A DNA stretch of 64,000 nucleotides from a virus, in the IMG/VR virus record IMGVR_UViG_3300030098_004409, positions 46,289-110,288 of that record; one strand, written 5' to 3'. Below are positions 1 through 9,470 of this stretch, piece by piece (positions within the stretch are counted from its first letter, which is position 1; each line of letters begins with the position of its first letter). A model generated the notes under the pieces. The model saw only the letters and a program-made list of their open reading frames with translations. It was not told the DNA's origin and did not search any database. The translations under genes were made by a program, and so were the position numbers.

Positions 1-56
1 TCGTCGATGATTGGAACGATCTATTTTTTAATGTTATAGATAACTATAGGAAATAA
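1..56 (+). CDS. 3' end of an upstream gene (partial), possibly a glycosyltransferase
   Basis: Open frame 3..56 reads VDDWNDLFFNVIDNYRK*, ending just before the next ATG at 58. Product guessed from context only. Confidence 0.45.
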   Translation, partial: VDDWNDLFFNVIDNYRK

Positions 57-57
57 A

Positions 58-495
58 ATGAAGGTAATAATATCACATAAAAATCCCCAACAAAACAGTC
101 ACACATGGATACAAGACATATCAAATCTAGATGTTCTTGTCGATGATGCAGAGGCTACAGAGATAATCGTAGACAGCACTTTATGCACATTCAACTTTGC
201 TAATATTGGCGGAATCTTAAATAAGATAATGTCAAAGCTAAGGCTAAATGGTAAAATTGTAATATACGAAAAGGATATCGACATAGTTTGTTACACCTAT
301 AATAAGTCTGGAATGAACATACAAGACTTAAATAATCTTATTTTTGAAGAGACTCCAGCAGTGGCTTGCTTTTTGAACACAGAGGTTATATCTGACTTGC
401 TTACACAGGCCGGACTTACAATAGATGAAAAATTTGTAAACAATGACACCATGCAGTCAATAATAATCGCAAGGAGAACAAAAAATGCAATCTGA
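58..495 (+). CDS. Short class I methyltransferase-like protein (degenerate; no GxGxG motif)
   Basis: 145-aa ORF. Segment DDAEATEIIVDSTL...ILNKIMSKLRLNGKIVI resembles the C-terminal half of Methyltransf_11-type domains. Confidence 0.5.
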   Translation: MKVIISHKNPQQNSHTWIQDISNLDVLVDDAEATEIIVDSTLCTFNFANIGGILNKIMSKLRLNGKIVIYEKDIDIVCYTYNKSGMNIQDLNNLIFEETPAVACFLNTEVISDLLTQAGLTIDEKFVNNDTMQSIIIARRTKNAI

Positions 496-1309
496 ATATC
501 AAGTTGAAACATATTGTAAAAATTGTGTGTTTGCGGAATACACCGACAATAAACAAACAGGATGTGAGTTAGGTAGACATAAAATATTTAATCCGGAAGA
601 AGCCACCCGAGAAGAAGATGGTAAACACGCCTACGTGTTTAATAGATTTTGTACCGCCTTCCGTCCAGAAGAATGGAAGCTTGTCTTAGACGATGAAGAA
701 AAAAAGGATTTAGTTGCGACAGTAAAGTCTGAGATATTTCCCCCATTGGGTATTTTTATATTCTTAAAAACTACAGCGCCTAACCCGATACAGAATTTGA
801 AAAATAGGATACAAGAAATAAAAGATCAAACAGTTGGTAGTCTTAGATATATTGTGGTAATCAACAGTAAAGTAGAATATAATGAAGAAATACATAGCAC
901 ATTAAACGACTCCTTTGACTTTGATGAAACTGAGTTTCACATAGTGCAGACTCTATTGGAACAAAGAGATCTGCTATATATAGATGATGCCTTTAAGCAT
1001 GCAAAAAATGGCTGGATTTATGTAACCGAATCAAACTGCAAGATTAGAAAAGATCTCTTCGAGGCTATTGATTATAACATAAATGTTAAGCTTAACAGGG
1101 TTGTTCTTGTTGAACCATCAGACGGTATTCAGGGAATGATTTTTCAAGCCGCTATACATAAGTTTCTTGATGGTAGCAATAACATATTAGACATAAAAAA
1201 TGCTGCACAAGTAAGGGTTAACTTTTTAGAAAAAGTGAGAGCACTTGCTGAGAATAGCGATGAGAAAACAGTCTTTACACAAGAGGAGTTCTTTGATGCA
1301 GCTTCCTAA
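485..1309 (+). CDS. Hypothetical protein with N-terminal Cys cluster; possibly degenerate GT-A fold
   Basis: 274-aa ORF with CKNC...GC...RFC at the N-terminus; overlaps both neighbours. Confidence 0.5.
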   Translation: MQSEYQVETYCKNCVFAEYTDNKQTGCELGRHKIFNPEEATREEDGKHAYVFNRFCTAFRPEEWKLVLDDEEKKDLVATVKSEIFPPLGIFIFLKTTAPNPIQNLKNRIQEIKDQTVGSLRYIVVINSKVEYNEEIHSTLNDSFDFDETEFHIVQTLLEQRDLLYIDDAFKHAKNGWIYVTESNCKIRKDLFEAIDYNINVKLNRVVLVEPSDGIQGMIFQAAIHKFLDGSNNILDIKNAAQVRVNFLEKVRALAENSDEKTVFTQEEFFDAAS

Positions 1310-2135
1310 AGTATCAGTCATAATATCAAACTATAATTATGGAGACTATGTTTTAGATGCTATAGACAGCGCCCTCAAGCAGGACTATGAGGGACAAATA
1401 CGTGTCTACGTGCTAGATGACGGATCTTCCGATGGTTCTTGGGATAAAATTCGCACTTACTGCGGAGAAGATATTTCAAGCATAACAAATCAGCATGAAA
1501 TTGATGAACCATATTACAGGGGATCTATGGAGTCATTTCAATGTAATGATCTAGGTTTATGGTGTTATCGCATCAATAACTCAGGGGCGAGCACCGCTAG
1601 GAATGTTGCGATTTGGGAGGCTTGGAACTGGACAGACTATTTTGCTATTTTAGATGCAGACGATATGTATGATCCCTCAAAGATACGGAAACATGTAGAT
1701 GTGCTAATGAAGCACGACGAGGTTGGTGTAGCTTACTCCGACTACATTATACATAAAACTCATTACGGGAACGTTGACTATAAAAAGTACGAATACAAAT
1801 ATCCATATTCGATAAAAGAACTTCATAGGCAATGTATTGTGCATAGTGCTGGGTTAATAAAGAAACGACATTTAGAAAGGATTATACTTGAAAACAAAGA
1901 ATTTTATGACAGTGCTTTACATGGCCCAGCCTCTAAGGGCTTTATAGGGTGCACAGAAGATTATGATCTTTGGATTAGATTAGCTAACGTATGTATGATT
2001 AATCATATAGCAGAGCCGTTATCTTTTGTCAGGGAAACAGGGCAAAATCAATCCATGAAGATGAACCAGAGCATTTTTATTGACAACATGCAGAAAATTA
2101 AGAGCCGCGATGAGCAGATTCATACAAAAAATTAA
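1296..2135 (+). CDS. Glycosyltransferase family 2
   Basis: KVSVIISNYN, DDGSSD, NSGASTARN, LDADD and EDYDLW motifs. Start placed at ATG 1296 behind the GAGGAG RBS. Confidence 0.92.
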   Translation: MQLPKVSVIISNYNYGDYVLDAIDSALKQDYEGQIRVYVLDDGSSDGSWDKIRTYCGEDISSITNQHEIDEPYYRGSMESFQCNDLGLWCYRINNSGASTARNVAIWEAWNWTDYFAILDADDMYDPSKIRKHVDVLMKHDEVGVAYSDYIIHKTHYGNVDYKKYEYKYPYSIKELHRQCIVHSAGLIKKRHLERIILENKEFYDSALHGPASKGFIGCTEDYDLWIRLANVCMINHIAEPLSFVRETGQNQSMKMNQSIFIDNMQKIKSRDEQIHTKN

Positions 2136-2823
2136 ACGCAATTCTCTTACCACTGGTGTTGCTTTATTGTGTGCTGGTCTCGGTAATAGAATTAAATCCA
2201 ATGAGCCGAGATCTCTAATAAAGATAGGGGGTTCGTGCCTATTAAATTGGCAGCTAGATGCCCTCAGCTCTATGTTCGTGAAGCCCAATATTTTAGTCGG
2301 TGTCGGCGTAGAGTCACAAAAAATAATGAAGAGGTTTTCTGGTCAAGTTAGTTTTGTGGAAAATCAACTTTATGAAACAACAGGCTCATTTGAAACATTA
2401 AGACTTCTTGTAAACGCTTCCACAGATGATAGTATACTGCTTGTACATGGAGATTTGTACTTTAATAGTGATATACTAGAGACAGCAGATTTTTCTAAAT
2501 CGTTTGTTGTCTTGGATACTACTAACAGTATCGCAGATCGTGAAGTTGGAATGACTATGGTGAATGAAAAGGTTAGTATACTTTCATATGGACTAAAAGA
2601 TAAGTGGGCGCAAATGGCTTTCTTTACAGGAAAGGAGCTCGCTATGCTTAGGCAACTATGTTACAAGGCTAATCAAGAATCTAAGTCTCTATTAACATTT
2701 GAAATAATAAATTCTATAATCAACAAAGGTGGATCTTTTAAAGTGCATAAACCCAACAAAACCTTTATAGTTGAAATAGATTGTATGAAGGATATAAAGA
2801 ATGAAAATTTTAATATCAAGTGA
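2110..2823 (+). CDS. Nucleotidyltransferase (LicC/phosphocholine-phosphonate cytidylyltransferase-like)
   Basis: LCAGLGNRIKSNEPRSL signature, VENQLYETTG and HGDLYF. Start placed at ATG 2110. Confidence 0.75.
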   Translation: MSRFIQKIKRNSLTTGVALLCAGLGNRIKSNEPRSLIKIGGSCLLNWQLDALSSMFVKPNILVGVGVESQKIMKRFSGQVSFVENQLYETTGSFETLRLLVNASTDDSILLVHGDLYFNSDILETADFSKSFVVLDTTNSIADREVGMTMVNEKVSILSYGLKDKWAQMAFFTGKELAMLRQLCYKANQESKSLLTFEIINSIINKGGSFKVHKPNKTFIVEIDCMKDIKNENFNIK

Positions 2824-3847
2824 TGGGATGCACGCTCACTATTTCCAAAGGATGGCTTGGGCCAGAGCTTTTGCGGAATGTGGCGTACAAGTGTATTTTT
2901 GGGACTGCAAGAAAATACCTGCGTTTGATGCTTTCGATAGCTTCGAGCCAGATATGTTTATGGGGCAGTCCTATAACTTGGATAGGGCACTGCTCAAATG
3001 TATTTATGAAAGACCACACCTAAAAGTTGGACTCAGGGCGGGTGACTGGGGAGATTTTGAGCAAGACCAAAGGTTCAATATTCTCTATGCCACAGAACAC
3101 GAATTACAAACATTAAAAAAGTTAAAAGAAGAAACTGGCAAACCAGATTTTGTTCATATCCATTACGACCAAGAGGCTGTAGACCAGACACACTCGAAGT
3201 ATAAACAAATTGACATTGACGCTAAGTCCTTGATAATGTGCGCCGATATTCAAGACTATTTGAAATCTAATTATGATAACTCCTTAAATTGCGATATTGG
3301 GTTTGTCGGAGGCTACTGGCCTTACAAAGGAATTATTATAGACAACTACCTAACGCCGCTATGTCATCCGATTGGCAGGTACAATATCAAAATATTTGGT
3401 AATCAACCTTGGACAGGAGTCAACCAGTATTGCGGGCACATACAGGACAACAAAGTAAAGGACCTATTTGCCTCCGCTAGCATATGTCCCAACTTAAGTG
3501 AGCCACACGCCCATGAGTACGGATTCGATATTAATGAGAGATGTTTTAAGATATTATGTGCTGGTGGATTTTGCATATCTGACAACGTGTCTTCAATTAA
3601 AAAAATATTTGATGGTAATGGTGTAGTATTTGCAGACTCACCAGACGACTTCCGTGCAAAAATTGATTACTATCTTGACAATAAAGAAGAACGATTAGAA
3701 ATTAGTCGCACGGGCAGGGAGTTTGTTTTGAATAACCACACCAACTTTCATAGGGTAGCTGAAATACTATCATATTTTGGATACACTAAAGAATCTAATG
3801 ATATCATTAATGGCTGGAAGAAGGCCAAGGAACATGTAAATGTATAA
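2801..3847 (+). CDS. GT-B glycosyltransferase (CgeB/Glyco_trans_1_2-like)
   Basis: DIGFVGG, NERCFKILCAGGFCISD and the C-terminal KIDYYLDN..ERLEI...GREFVLNNHT pattern. Confidence 0.85.
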   Translation: MKILISSDGMHAHYFQRMAWARAFAECGVQVYFWDCKKIPAFDAFDSFEPDMFMGQSYNLDRALLKCIYERPHLKVGLRAGDWGDFEQDQRFNILYATEHELQTLKKLKEETGKPDFVHIHYDQEAVDQTHSKYKQIDIDAKSLIMCADIQDYLKSNYDNSLNCDIGFVGGYWPYKGIIIDNYLTPLCHPIGRYNIKIFGNQPWTGVNQYCGHIQDNKVKDLFASASICPNLSEPHAHEYGFDINERCFKILCAGGFCISDNVSSIKKIFDGNGVVFADSPDDFRAKIDYYLDNKEERLEISRTGREFVLNNHTNFHRVAEILSYFGYTKESNDIINGWKKAKEHVNV

Positions 3848-4799
3848 AGATAAAAAAGTTCTAGTGACTGGAGGCACTGGCTTCTTGGGAAAAGCTGTTG
3901 TCGATACTCTGCAGTCAAAAGGGTATAACGATATAGTTGCAATAGGCAGTTCAGTTGACCTGACATGCTGCGAAGAGACTCTCGCATACTTTGCGCGAAG
4001 AAAGCCCGAAGTAGTAATTCATCTTGCGGCTACCGTTGGAGGGATTGGGGCAAACAAAGAGAACCCCGGATTGTTCATGTACAATAATTTAGTGATGGGC
4101 ACTAACACTATCGAGGCTTCGAGGCTTAATAAAGTTGACAAGTTTGTCATGGTTGGCACTGTCTGCGCATATCCTAAATTCACCGCAGTGCCCTTTAAAG
4201 AGGAAGATATTTGGAATGGCTACCCAGAAGAAACAAATGCTCCATACGGAATTGCAAAGAAAGCACTTATGCAGCTTGTGCAATCATATCATGAGCAGTA
4301 CAACTTTAACGGTGTTAACCTCATCCCTGTTAATATGTACGGCCCTCATGATAACTTCGATCCTGCTATAAGCCATGTAATCCCTGCGCTGATACTTAAA
4401 TTTTATAAAGCTATGAAGTTTAACTTGGAAGCCGTAGAAGTTTGGGGAACTGGCGAGGCAAGCAGAGAGTTCTTGCACGTTTATGATTGTGCCAATGCTA
4501 TCAGTTTGGCGCTAGAAAAAGATGTATCCCCAGAACCAATTAACATAGGCACTGGCGGCGAAATACAAATAAAGTATCTTGCCCACACTATCGCAGAAGT
4601 AATGGGATATGACGGATCTATATATTTTAATTCTGACTATCCAGACGGACAGCCCAGAAGACAGCTAGATATTAGTCGGGCTAAACAGAGGCTAGGATAT
4701 GAGCCACAAATAGACCTGCTAGAGGGTCTTGAGACCACGATAGACTGGTTTATGGGTAACAAGGAGACTTTTGATGTTTACCTCAATCGTATTCAGTAA
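3840..4799 (+). CDS. fcl: GDP-L-fucose synthase
   Basis: VTGGTGFLG, HLAATVGGIGAN, GTVCAYPK, YGIAKK, PVNMYGPHDNF, SHVIPALI and WGTGEASREFLHV motifs. Confidence 0.95.
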   Translation: MYKDKKVLVTGGTGFLGKAVVDTLQSKGYNDIVAIGSSVDLTCCEETLAYFARRKPEVVIHLAATVGGIGANKENPGLFMYNNLVMGTNTIEASRLNKVDKFVMVGTVCAYPKFTAVPFKEEDIWNGYPEETNAPYGIAKKALMQLVQSYHEQYNFNGVNLIPVNMYGPHDNFDPAISHVIPALILKFYKAMKFNLEAVEVWGTGEASREFLHVYDCANAISLALEKDVSPEPINIGTGGEIQIKYLAHTIAEVMGYDGSIYFNSDYPDGQPRRQLDISRAKQRLGYEPQIDLLEGLETTIDWFMGNKETFDVYLNRIQ

Positions 4800-5652
4800 G
4801 GATAGACCTTTACAGCTTGATCTATGCCTTAAAAGCATAAAACAAAATCTATTTGCCAATAATAAGATTGTTGTTCTATACGCTACGTCTGATGGGTATG
4901 ATATAAACTACAACCAATTAATTGATGAGCATTTGGATGTAGAATTTTTTAAGCAGCGTTACAGTATATTTGAACACATAAGAACTATACTTGACGACGC
5001 ATCTGAGCATATAATGTTCTTTACAGACGACGATATAGTTTATAGAAAGTGCCAGCCGACAGAGGATGATATAAATTCTGCGTTTAATAATGATGCGTGC
5101 TGCATCTCTCTTAGGCTAGGACTCAATACATCCATGAGGGATTATGGTGATGGAGTTTTGAGAAGAGATAACATACCAGAACAAATTATGAGGATTTGTA
5201 ATACGTTAGTTTGGAATAGGACATCTATTCCTGTGGGCGGCTATTGGGCGTATCCACTTTCTGTAGATGGGCACATATTTAAGACTAGTGATATGAAAAA
5301 ATTTACTGAGGAATTATGCGTCCTGAACCAGTATTACGATAACTGCGGAGAAGTTCCCAGAGCGAAGCGCGCTTGGAATCAAACACCAAATGAGTTTGAG
5401 TCAAAACTGCAAAGGTTTTTCTTTGATATATCTCCCATAATGGCGTGTGCAGAATATAGCTGTGTGGTAAATTCCCCAAACAATAGGGTACAAAATACAG
5501 TGGCAAATAGGAGTGGCGATGTATATAATTATACAGCCCTAGACTTAAAATACGAATTTGACGAAGGTCGAAGAATTAGCCTAGACAGAATAACTATAGA
5601 CGACATAATATGTCCACATCAAGAAATAAATATATTGGAGGGCTTATCATGA
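4774..5652 (+). CDS. GT-A fold glycosyltransferase
   Basis: FSKDRPLQLDLCLKSI N-terminus and FFTDDDIVY (DxD). ATG 4774 follows AAGGAG. Confidence 0.7.
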   Translation: MFTSIVFSKDRPLQLDLCLKSIKQNLFANNKIVVLYATSDGYDINYNQLIDEHLDVEFFKQRYSIFEHIRTILDDASEHIMFFTDDDIVYRKCQPTEDDINSAFNNDACCISLRLGLNTSMRDYGDGVLRRDNIPEQIMRICNTLVWNRTSIPVGGYWAYPLSVDGHIFKTSDMKKFTEELCVLNQYYDNCGEVPRAKRAWNQTPNEFESKLQRFFFDISPIMACAEYSCVVNSPNNRVQNTVANRSGDVYNYTALDLKYEFDEGRRISLDRITIDDIICPHQEINILEGLS

Positions 5653-6290
5653 TATTTAACTTACATCAGATTATAAATCATTACCAAATGAATATAGGAG
5701 GCGCTATACATGTCGGCGCGTTTGTTGGCGAAGAGCTTGATGCATACAGATCTCTAGGTCTCACAAACACAATAATGTTTGAGCCACAGAAAACACTTTA
5801 TGAAATAGTAAAGTCGAAATGCATAGACGATGAGAGAGTGTATAATGTAGCTCTTGGTAGCCATGCACATACTACAGAAATGTATATATCTTACACTGAA
5901 GGCGGCATATCTAACGGTTCTGGAGCTTCTAGCTCACTATACAGACCTAAGAAACATTTAACGGAGCATCCGCAGGTTAAATTTAATTCAAAGGAAGAGG
6001 TAAGGGTTGAATGCCTAGACGATTTTTTACTAGATAATAATATAGATGTTTCGGGTTATAACTTTTTAAATATAGACGTTCAAGGGTATGAATTAGAGGT
6101 TTTAGCTGGTGCTATCAAGCTTCTCCCTCAAACAGATATGGCGATTGTAGAAGTCAACAGAGATGAGGTTTACGAAGGTTGCCCTATGGTTGAAGAGATA
6201 GACCAGTTAATGAATGTATATGGCCTCCAGAGGGCGCACACTTTTTGGCAGTCAGAAAGTTGGGGCGATGCCCTATATGTGAGGTTATAG
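5649..6290 (+). CDS. FkbM family methyltransferase
   Basis: IHVGAFVG, FEP, NVALG, LNIDVQGYELEVLAG and WGDALY motifs. ATG 5649 follows GGAGG. Confidence 0.92.
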   Translation: MIFNLHQIINHYQMNIGGAIHVGAFVGEELDAYRSLGLTNTIMFEPQKTLYEIVKSKCIDDERVYNVALGSHAHTTEMYISYTEGGISNGSGASSSLYRPKKHLTEHPQVKFNSKEEVRVECLDDFLLDNNIDVSGYNFLNIDVQGYELEVLAGAIKLLPQTDMAIVEVNRDEVYEGCPMVEEIDQLMNVYGLQRAHTFWQSESWGDALYVRL

Positions 6291-6291
6291 T

Positions 6292-7098
6292 ATGAATTTT
6301 TTTGAAATGTGCCAAATAGAGACATCTTTATTTAATATTGACTTTGCTAAGCAAGATCCAGACTGGGCAATGGTAAAAGATGCCTATGATAATAACCTTG
6401 CGCGCAATGACGACGACTGCAAGATACCGAAGATAATTCACTTCATATGGCTTGGCAGTGAGCTTCCCGATAAATATATCGAGATAATAAACGGCTGGAA
6501 AAAACACAACCCTGAATTTGAAATATGGATTTGGGATGACAAAAAAGTAGAAACATTCCTGCCTCAAATGATAAACAAAGATTTGTATGCAGAGACAGAT
6601 AGCTTTGGTCATAAGTCAGACATGCTTAGGTATGAAATACTTAAGAGGTATGGAGGACTTTATGCGGATGTAGATTTCCTATGCAATGCCAATTTTTCTG
6701 GTTCTCATAATAAGTATTGCTTCTATGCTGGTATATGTTTAGAGAGACCTGTACAACTAAATAATGGAATTATGGCATCTATGCCTAACCATCCAATATT
6801 AGATATATGTATCGCACAAATGAGACTGGACAATCCTTGGGGTATACAGTGCCCGCAAACTCTTGTCCTGTATCAAACTGGACCTTGGGCGTTAACTAGA
6901 AGTGTTTTACACTACATGAAACATTTTGGAGATGATGGTATAATGATATATCCCTCTACTACATTTCATCCGTTTCCGGCAGCCTTTAGACATGACGCTA
7001 CAGATGAGCTGGTTAAATCTTACTACAGACCTTGGACTATGGCTTGCCATTTATGGCACTCAAGCTGGCAACCAGATTCGGAGCACTATAATGGATAA
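6292..7098 (+). CDS. Glycosyltransferase family 32 (OCH1-like, DxD)
   Basis: KIPKIIHFIWLG, SDMLRYEILKRYGGLYADVD, TGPWALT and HLWHSSW motifs. Confidence 0.92.
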   Translation: MNFFEMCQIETSLFNIDFAKQDPDWAMVKDAYDNNLARNDDDCKIPKIIHFIWLGSELPDKYIEIINGWKKHNPEFEIWIWDDKKVETFLPQMINKDLYAETDSFGHKSDMLRYEILKRYGGLYADVDFLCNANFSGSHNKYCFYAGICLERPVQLNNGIMASMPNHPILDICIAQMRLDNPWGIQCPQTLVLYQTGPWALTRSVLHYMKHFGDDGIMIYPSTTFHPFPAAFRHDATDELVKSYYRPWTMACHLWHSSWQPDSEHYNG

Positions 7099-7906
7099 AT
7101 TTGCGGTAAAAACAAATCACGAAAACCCTCCTCATAACTATCAGATATTTGAGGAATATTTTTATAATAGATTTTCACAGGAACAGCCAGAGACCGAAAG
7201 AGAATACCTGCCGGTCTGCTGGACTAACTACTACGTGTCTAAAAATTATTGTAATGATGATATGTCAGACATTCAGGATTACCTAAACTCGCTTGACAGA
7301 GCGAAAAAATATTTCACAGTATGTCAATGGGATGACGGTATTCGCAACGATGTAAATGATTTAGACTTGTTTGTCTATGCTTCTGGAGGAGTGGGAGACT
7401 ATGCCTATCCTCTCAACTGTATGCCTCACGGAACTAGTGATGTAAAACACAGAACAATATTAGCTAGCTTTATAGGGGCTTTGCAAAATAGACATCCGGT
7501 AAGAAACTTAATGTACCGTGAACTTTATAACAAGGACGGGATTGCTATGTCGGAAACTATTACATTTGAAAAATTTCAAGAGGTTCTGGCCAATTCTATA
7601 TTTGCTCTATGTCCAAGAGGTTATGGTAAAACTTCATTTAGAATATGTGAGGCGTTAGAGGCAAGAGTAATACCTGTCTACATTTATGATGAACCTTGGA
7701 TTCCATTTGAAGACGAGCTAGACTTTGAAGAGTACGGTGTTCTTTGCTCTATAAACGAGTTGCCCTTTTTGCATAACAAACTAATTGATATGGTACAAGA
7801 TATAGATAGCTTGCAGCAAATTATAACTAGAGGTGGAGAAGTATACCGTGAGTACTATTCATTTGATGGATGTTACAATAAGATTTTAAATAAGGAGATT
7901 AAATAA
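7091..7906 (+). CDS. Exostosin-like glycosyltransferase (GT47)
   Basis: RTILASFIG and SIFALCPRGYGKTSFRICEALEARVIPVYI. Start placed at ATG 7091. Confidence 0.85.
   Translation: MDKFAVKTNHENPPHNYQIFEEYFYNRFSQEQPETEREYLPVCWTNYYVSKNYCNDDMSDIQDYLNSLDRAKKYFTVCQWDDGIRNDVNDLDLFVYASGGVGDYAYPLNCMPHGTSDVKHRTILASFIGALQNRHPVRNLMYRELYNKDGIAMSETITFEKFQEVLANSIFALCPRGYGKTSFRICEALEARVIPVYIYDEPWIPFEDELDFEEYGVLCSINELPFLHNKLIDMVQDIDSLQQIITRGGEVYREYYSFDGCYNKILNKEIK
7876..7906 (+). repeat. 31-bp direct repeat, copy 1
   Basis: CAATAAGATTTTAAATAAGGAGATTAAATAA; 27/31 identical to 8473-8503. Confidence 0.8.
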
Positions 7907-8469
7907 TGGAACATTTTTTTCAAGAGTTAGATGGATGGTTTGACGATCCTATAGACAAAGAGCTTTATAGTGAGATGGTAAACAAGTACCCGTCTGGTAG
8001 CCACTTTGTTGAAGTAGGAAGCTTCAAAGGTAAGAGCGCGTCACTCATGGCAGTAGAGATGATAAATAACGACAAAGATATTAAGTTTGATTGTGTCGAT
8101 ACTTGGCTTGGCTCACCTGAGCATCAGATCTTAGCCGAAGTAAGAAATGACACGCTGTTTAATATTTTTACAGAGAATATAAAACCAGTTGCACATAAGG
8201 TCAACGCTATTAGAGCCGCTTCAGTAGAGGCGTGCAGTCTTTATGAGGACAAGAGCCTAGACTTTGTATTCATTGATGCCGACCATAGTTACGAAGCGGT
8301 AAAAGAAGACTTAGAAGCATGGTTTCCAAAAATGAAAGATGGCGGAACGATTGCTGGGCATGACTATGGAAACCCTACTAACGGGGTAAAGCCCGCTGTT
8401 GATGAGTTCTTTTTGGAAAAAGATCTTGAAGTAGCTACTCTAAGGCATTTATGGAAAGTGTATCTGTGA
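7906..8469 (+). CDS. Class I SAM-dependent methyltransferase (Methyltransf_24-like)
   Basis: FVEVGSFKGKS, CVDTW, LDFVFIDADHSYEAV and GGTIAGHDY motifs. Confidence 0.92.
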   Translation: MEHFFQELDGWFDDPIDKELYSEMVNKYPSGSHFVEVGSFKGKSASLMAVEMINNDKDIKFDCVDTWLGSPEHQILAEVRNDTLFNIFTENIKPVAHKVNAIRAASVEACSLYEDKSLDFVFIDADHSYEAVKEDLEAWFPKMKDGGTIAGHDYGNPTNGVKPAVDEFFLEKDLEVATLRHLWKVYL

Positions 8470-8472
8470 GAT

Positions 8473-8503
8473 CAGTAAAATTTTAAATAAGGAAACTAAA
8501 TAA
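8473..8503 (+). repeat. 31-bp direct repeat, copy 2
   Basis: CAGTAAAATTTTAAATAAGGAAACTAAATAA; matches 7876-7906 at 27/31 positions. Confidence 0.8.
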
Positions 8504-8539
8504 ATGAAAAAAAATATCAAGTATGGAGTCTGGCATTAA
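8504..8539 (+). pseudogene. 11-codon mini-ORF (MKKNIKYGVWH), probable gene remnant
   Basis: ATG directly after repeat copy 2, which carries an AAGGA RBS-like sequence; stops after 11 codons. Confidence 0.35.
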
Positions 8540-8555
8540 TTAAAGGGGTTTATTG

Positions 8556-9470
8556 ATGAAATTAGTATATATAACAAATGAAGATCCAAATTCTCAGTGT
8601 GACTATCAAGAGGTTTCTATGTTGCACGGACTTAGAGAAGTTCTGGGCGACGACTGCATTGATTTTCCACGCAAGAAAATAATGTACGGAGATTTCTCCG
8701 AGTCTCCCAAAAATGAGCTTCACGGATGGGGATTTAGTTTATTGACAGAGCCAATAGCAGAGGTAGAAAATCGTGAGCTGAAAGACATTGACTTTGTGCT
8801 GTATGGAGTAACTGACGCATATGGTGTTAAGAACAACCCCGTAATAGATCGACTAGCAAAGCATGGCGTTTGGTATTTAGATGGCCATGACCATAGTAAT
8901 ATAACCAGAACTCCATGTTTTAAAAGAGAGCTTTACAGGTTCGGGTGGCTTGAAGAAGATCAAAACGTTTTTCCTACAGGTTTTGGCATACCTGAGCATA
9001 GAATTATACCTCTTAACTTTGACAACAAAACACAGCTTATACAGAAAACAGCGCCTCCTTATGCCGCCTTTGGCCCACAAATACTAGGTCCGGCAGCTAG
9101 ACAATTATACGTATTTAATAATGAAGAAGAGTATTATCAAGATATGCATAGGTCTTTCTTTGGTTTGACCTGTATGAAAGGTGGATGGGATTCACTTAGG
9201 CATTATGAAATATTAGCTAGTGGTGCATGTCTTCTATTTAGAGACTATGATAGGAAACCAAAACCATGTGCCCCACAAGAGCTACCCTGTTTTTCTTATA
9301 ATAGCATGCAGGATTTAGAAAGTCTATTCAACCGTCTTATAGTAGACGATAAGCCAACACAGGAGTATATAGAGATGGTGTGCGCACAAAGAGAATGGCT
9401 CTGGACTTGCGGTACAACAAAAGCTAGAGCGATTAAACTATTGGAGGTTTTAAATGAGCAAATATCATGA
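8556..9470 (+). CDS. GT-B glycosyltransferase-like protein
   Basis: YLDGHD, FKREL and YYQDMHRSFFGLTCMKGGWDSLRHYEILASG, a C-terminal GT-B nucleotide-binding pattern. Confidence 0.75.
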   Translation: MKLVYITNEDPNSQCDYQEVSMLHGLREVLGDDCIDFPRKKIMYGDFSESPKNELHGWGFSLLTEPIAEVENRELKDIDFVLYGVTDAYGVKNNPVIDRLAKHGVWYLDGHDHSNITRTPCFKRELYRFGWLEEDQNVFPTGFGIPEHRIIPLNFDNKTQLIQKTAPPYAAFGPQILGPAARQLYVFNNEEEYYQDMHRSFFGLTCMKGGWDSLRHYEILASGACLLFRDYDRKPKPCAPQELPCFSYNSMQDLESLFNRLIVDDKPTQEYIEMVCAQREWLWTCGTTKARAIKLLEVLNEQIS

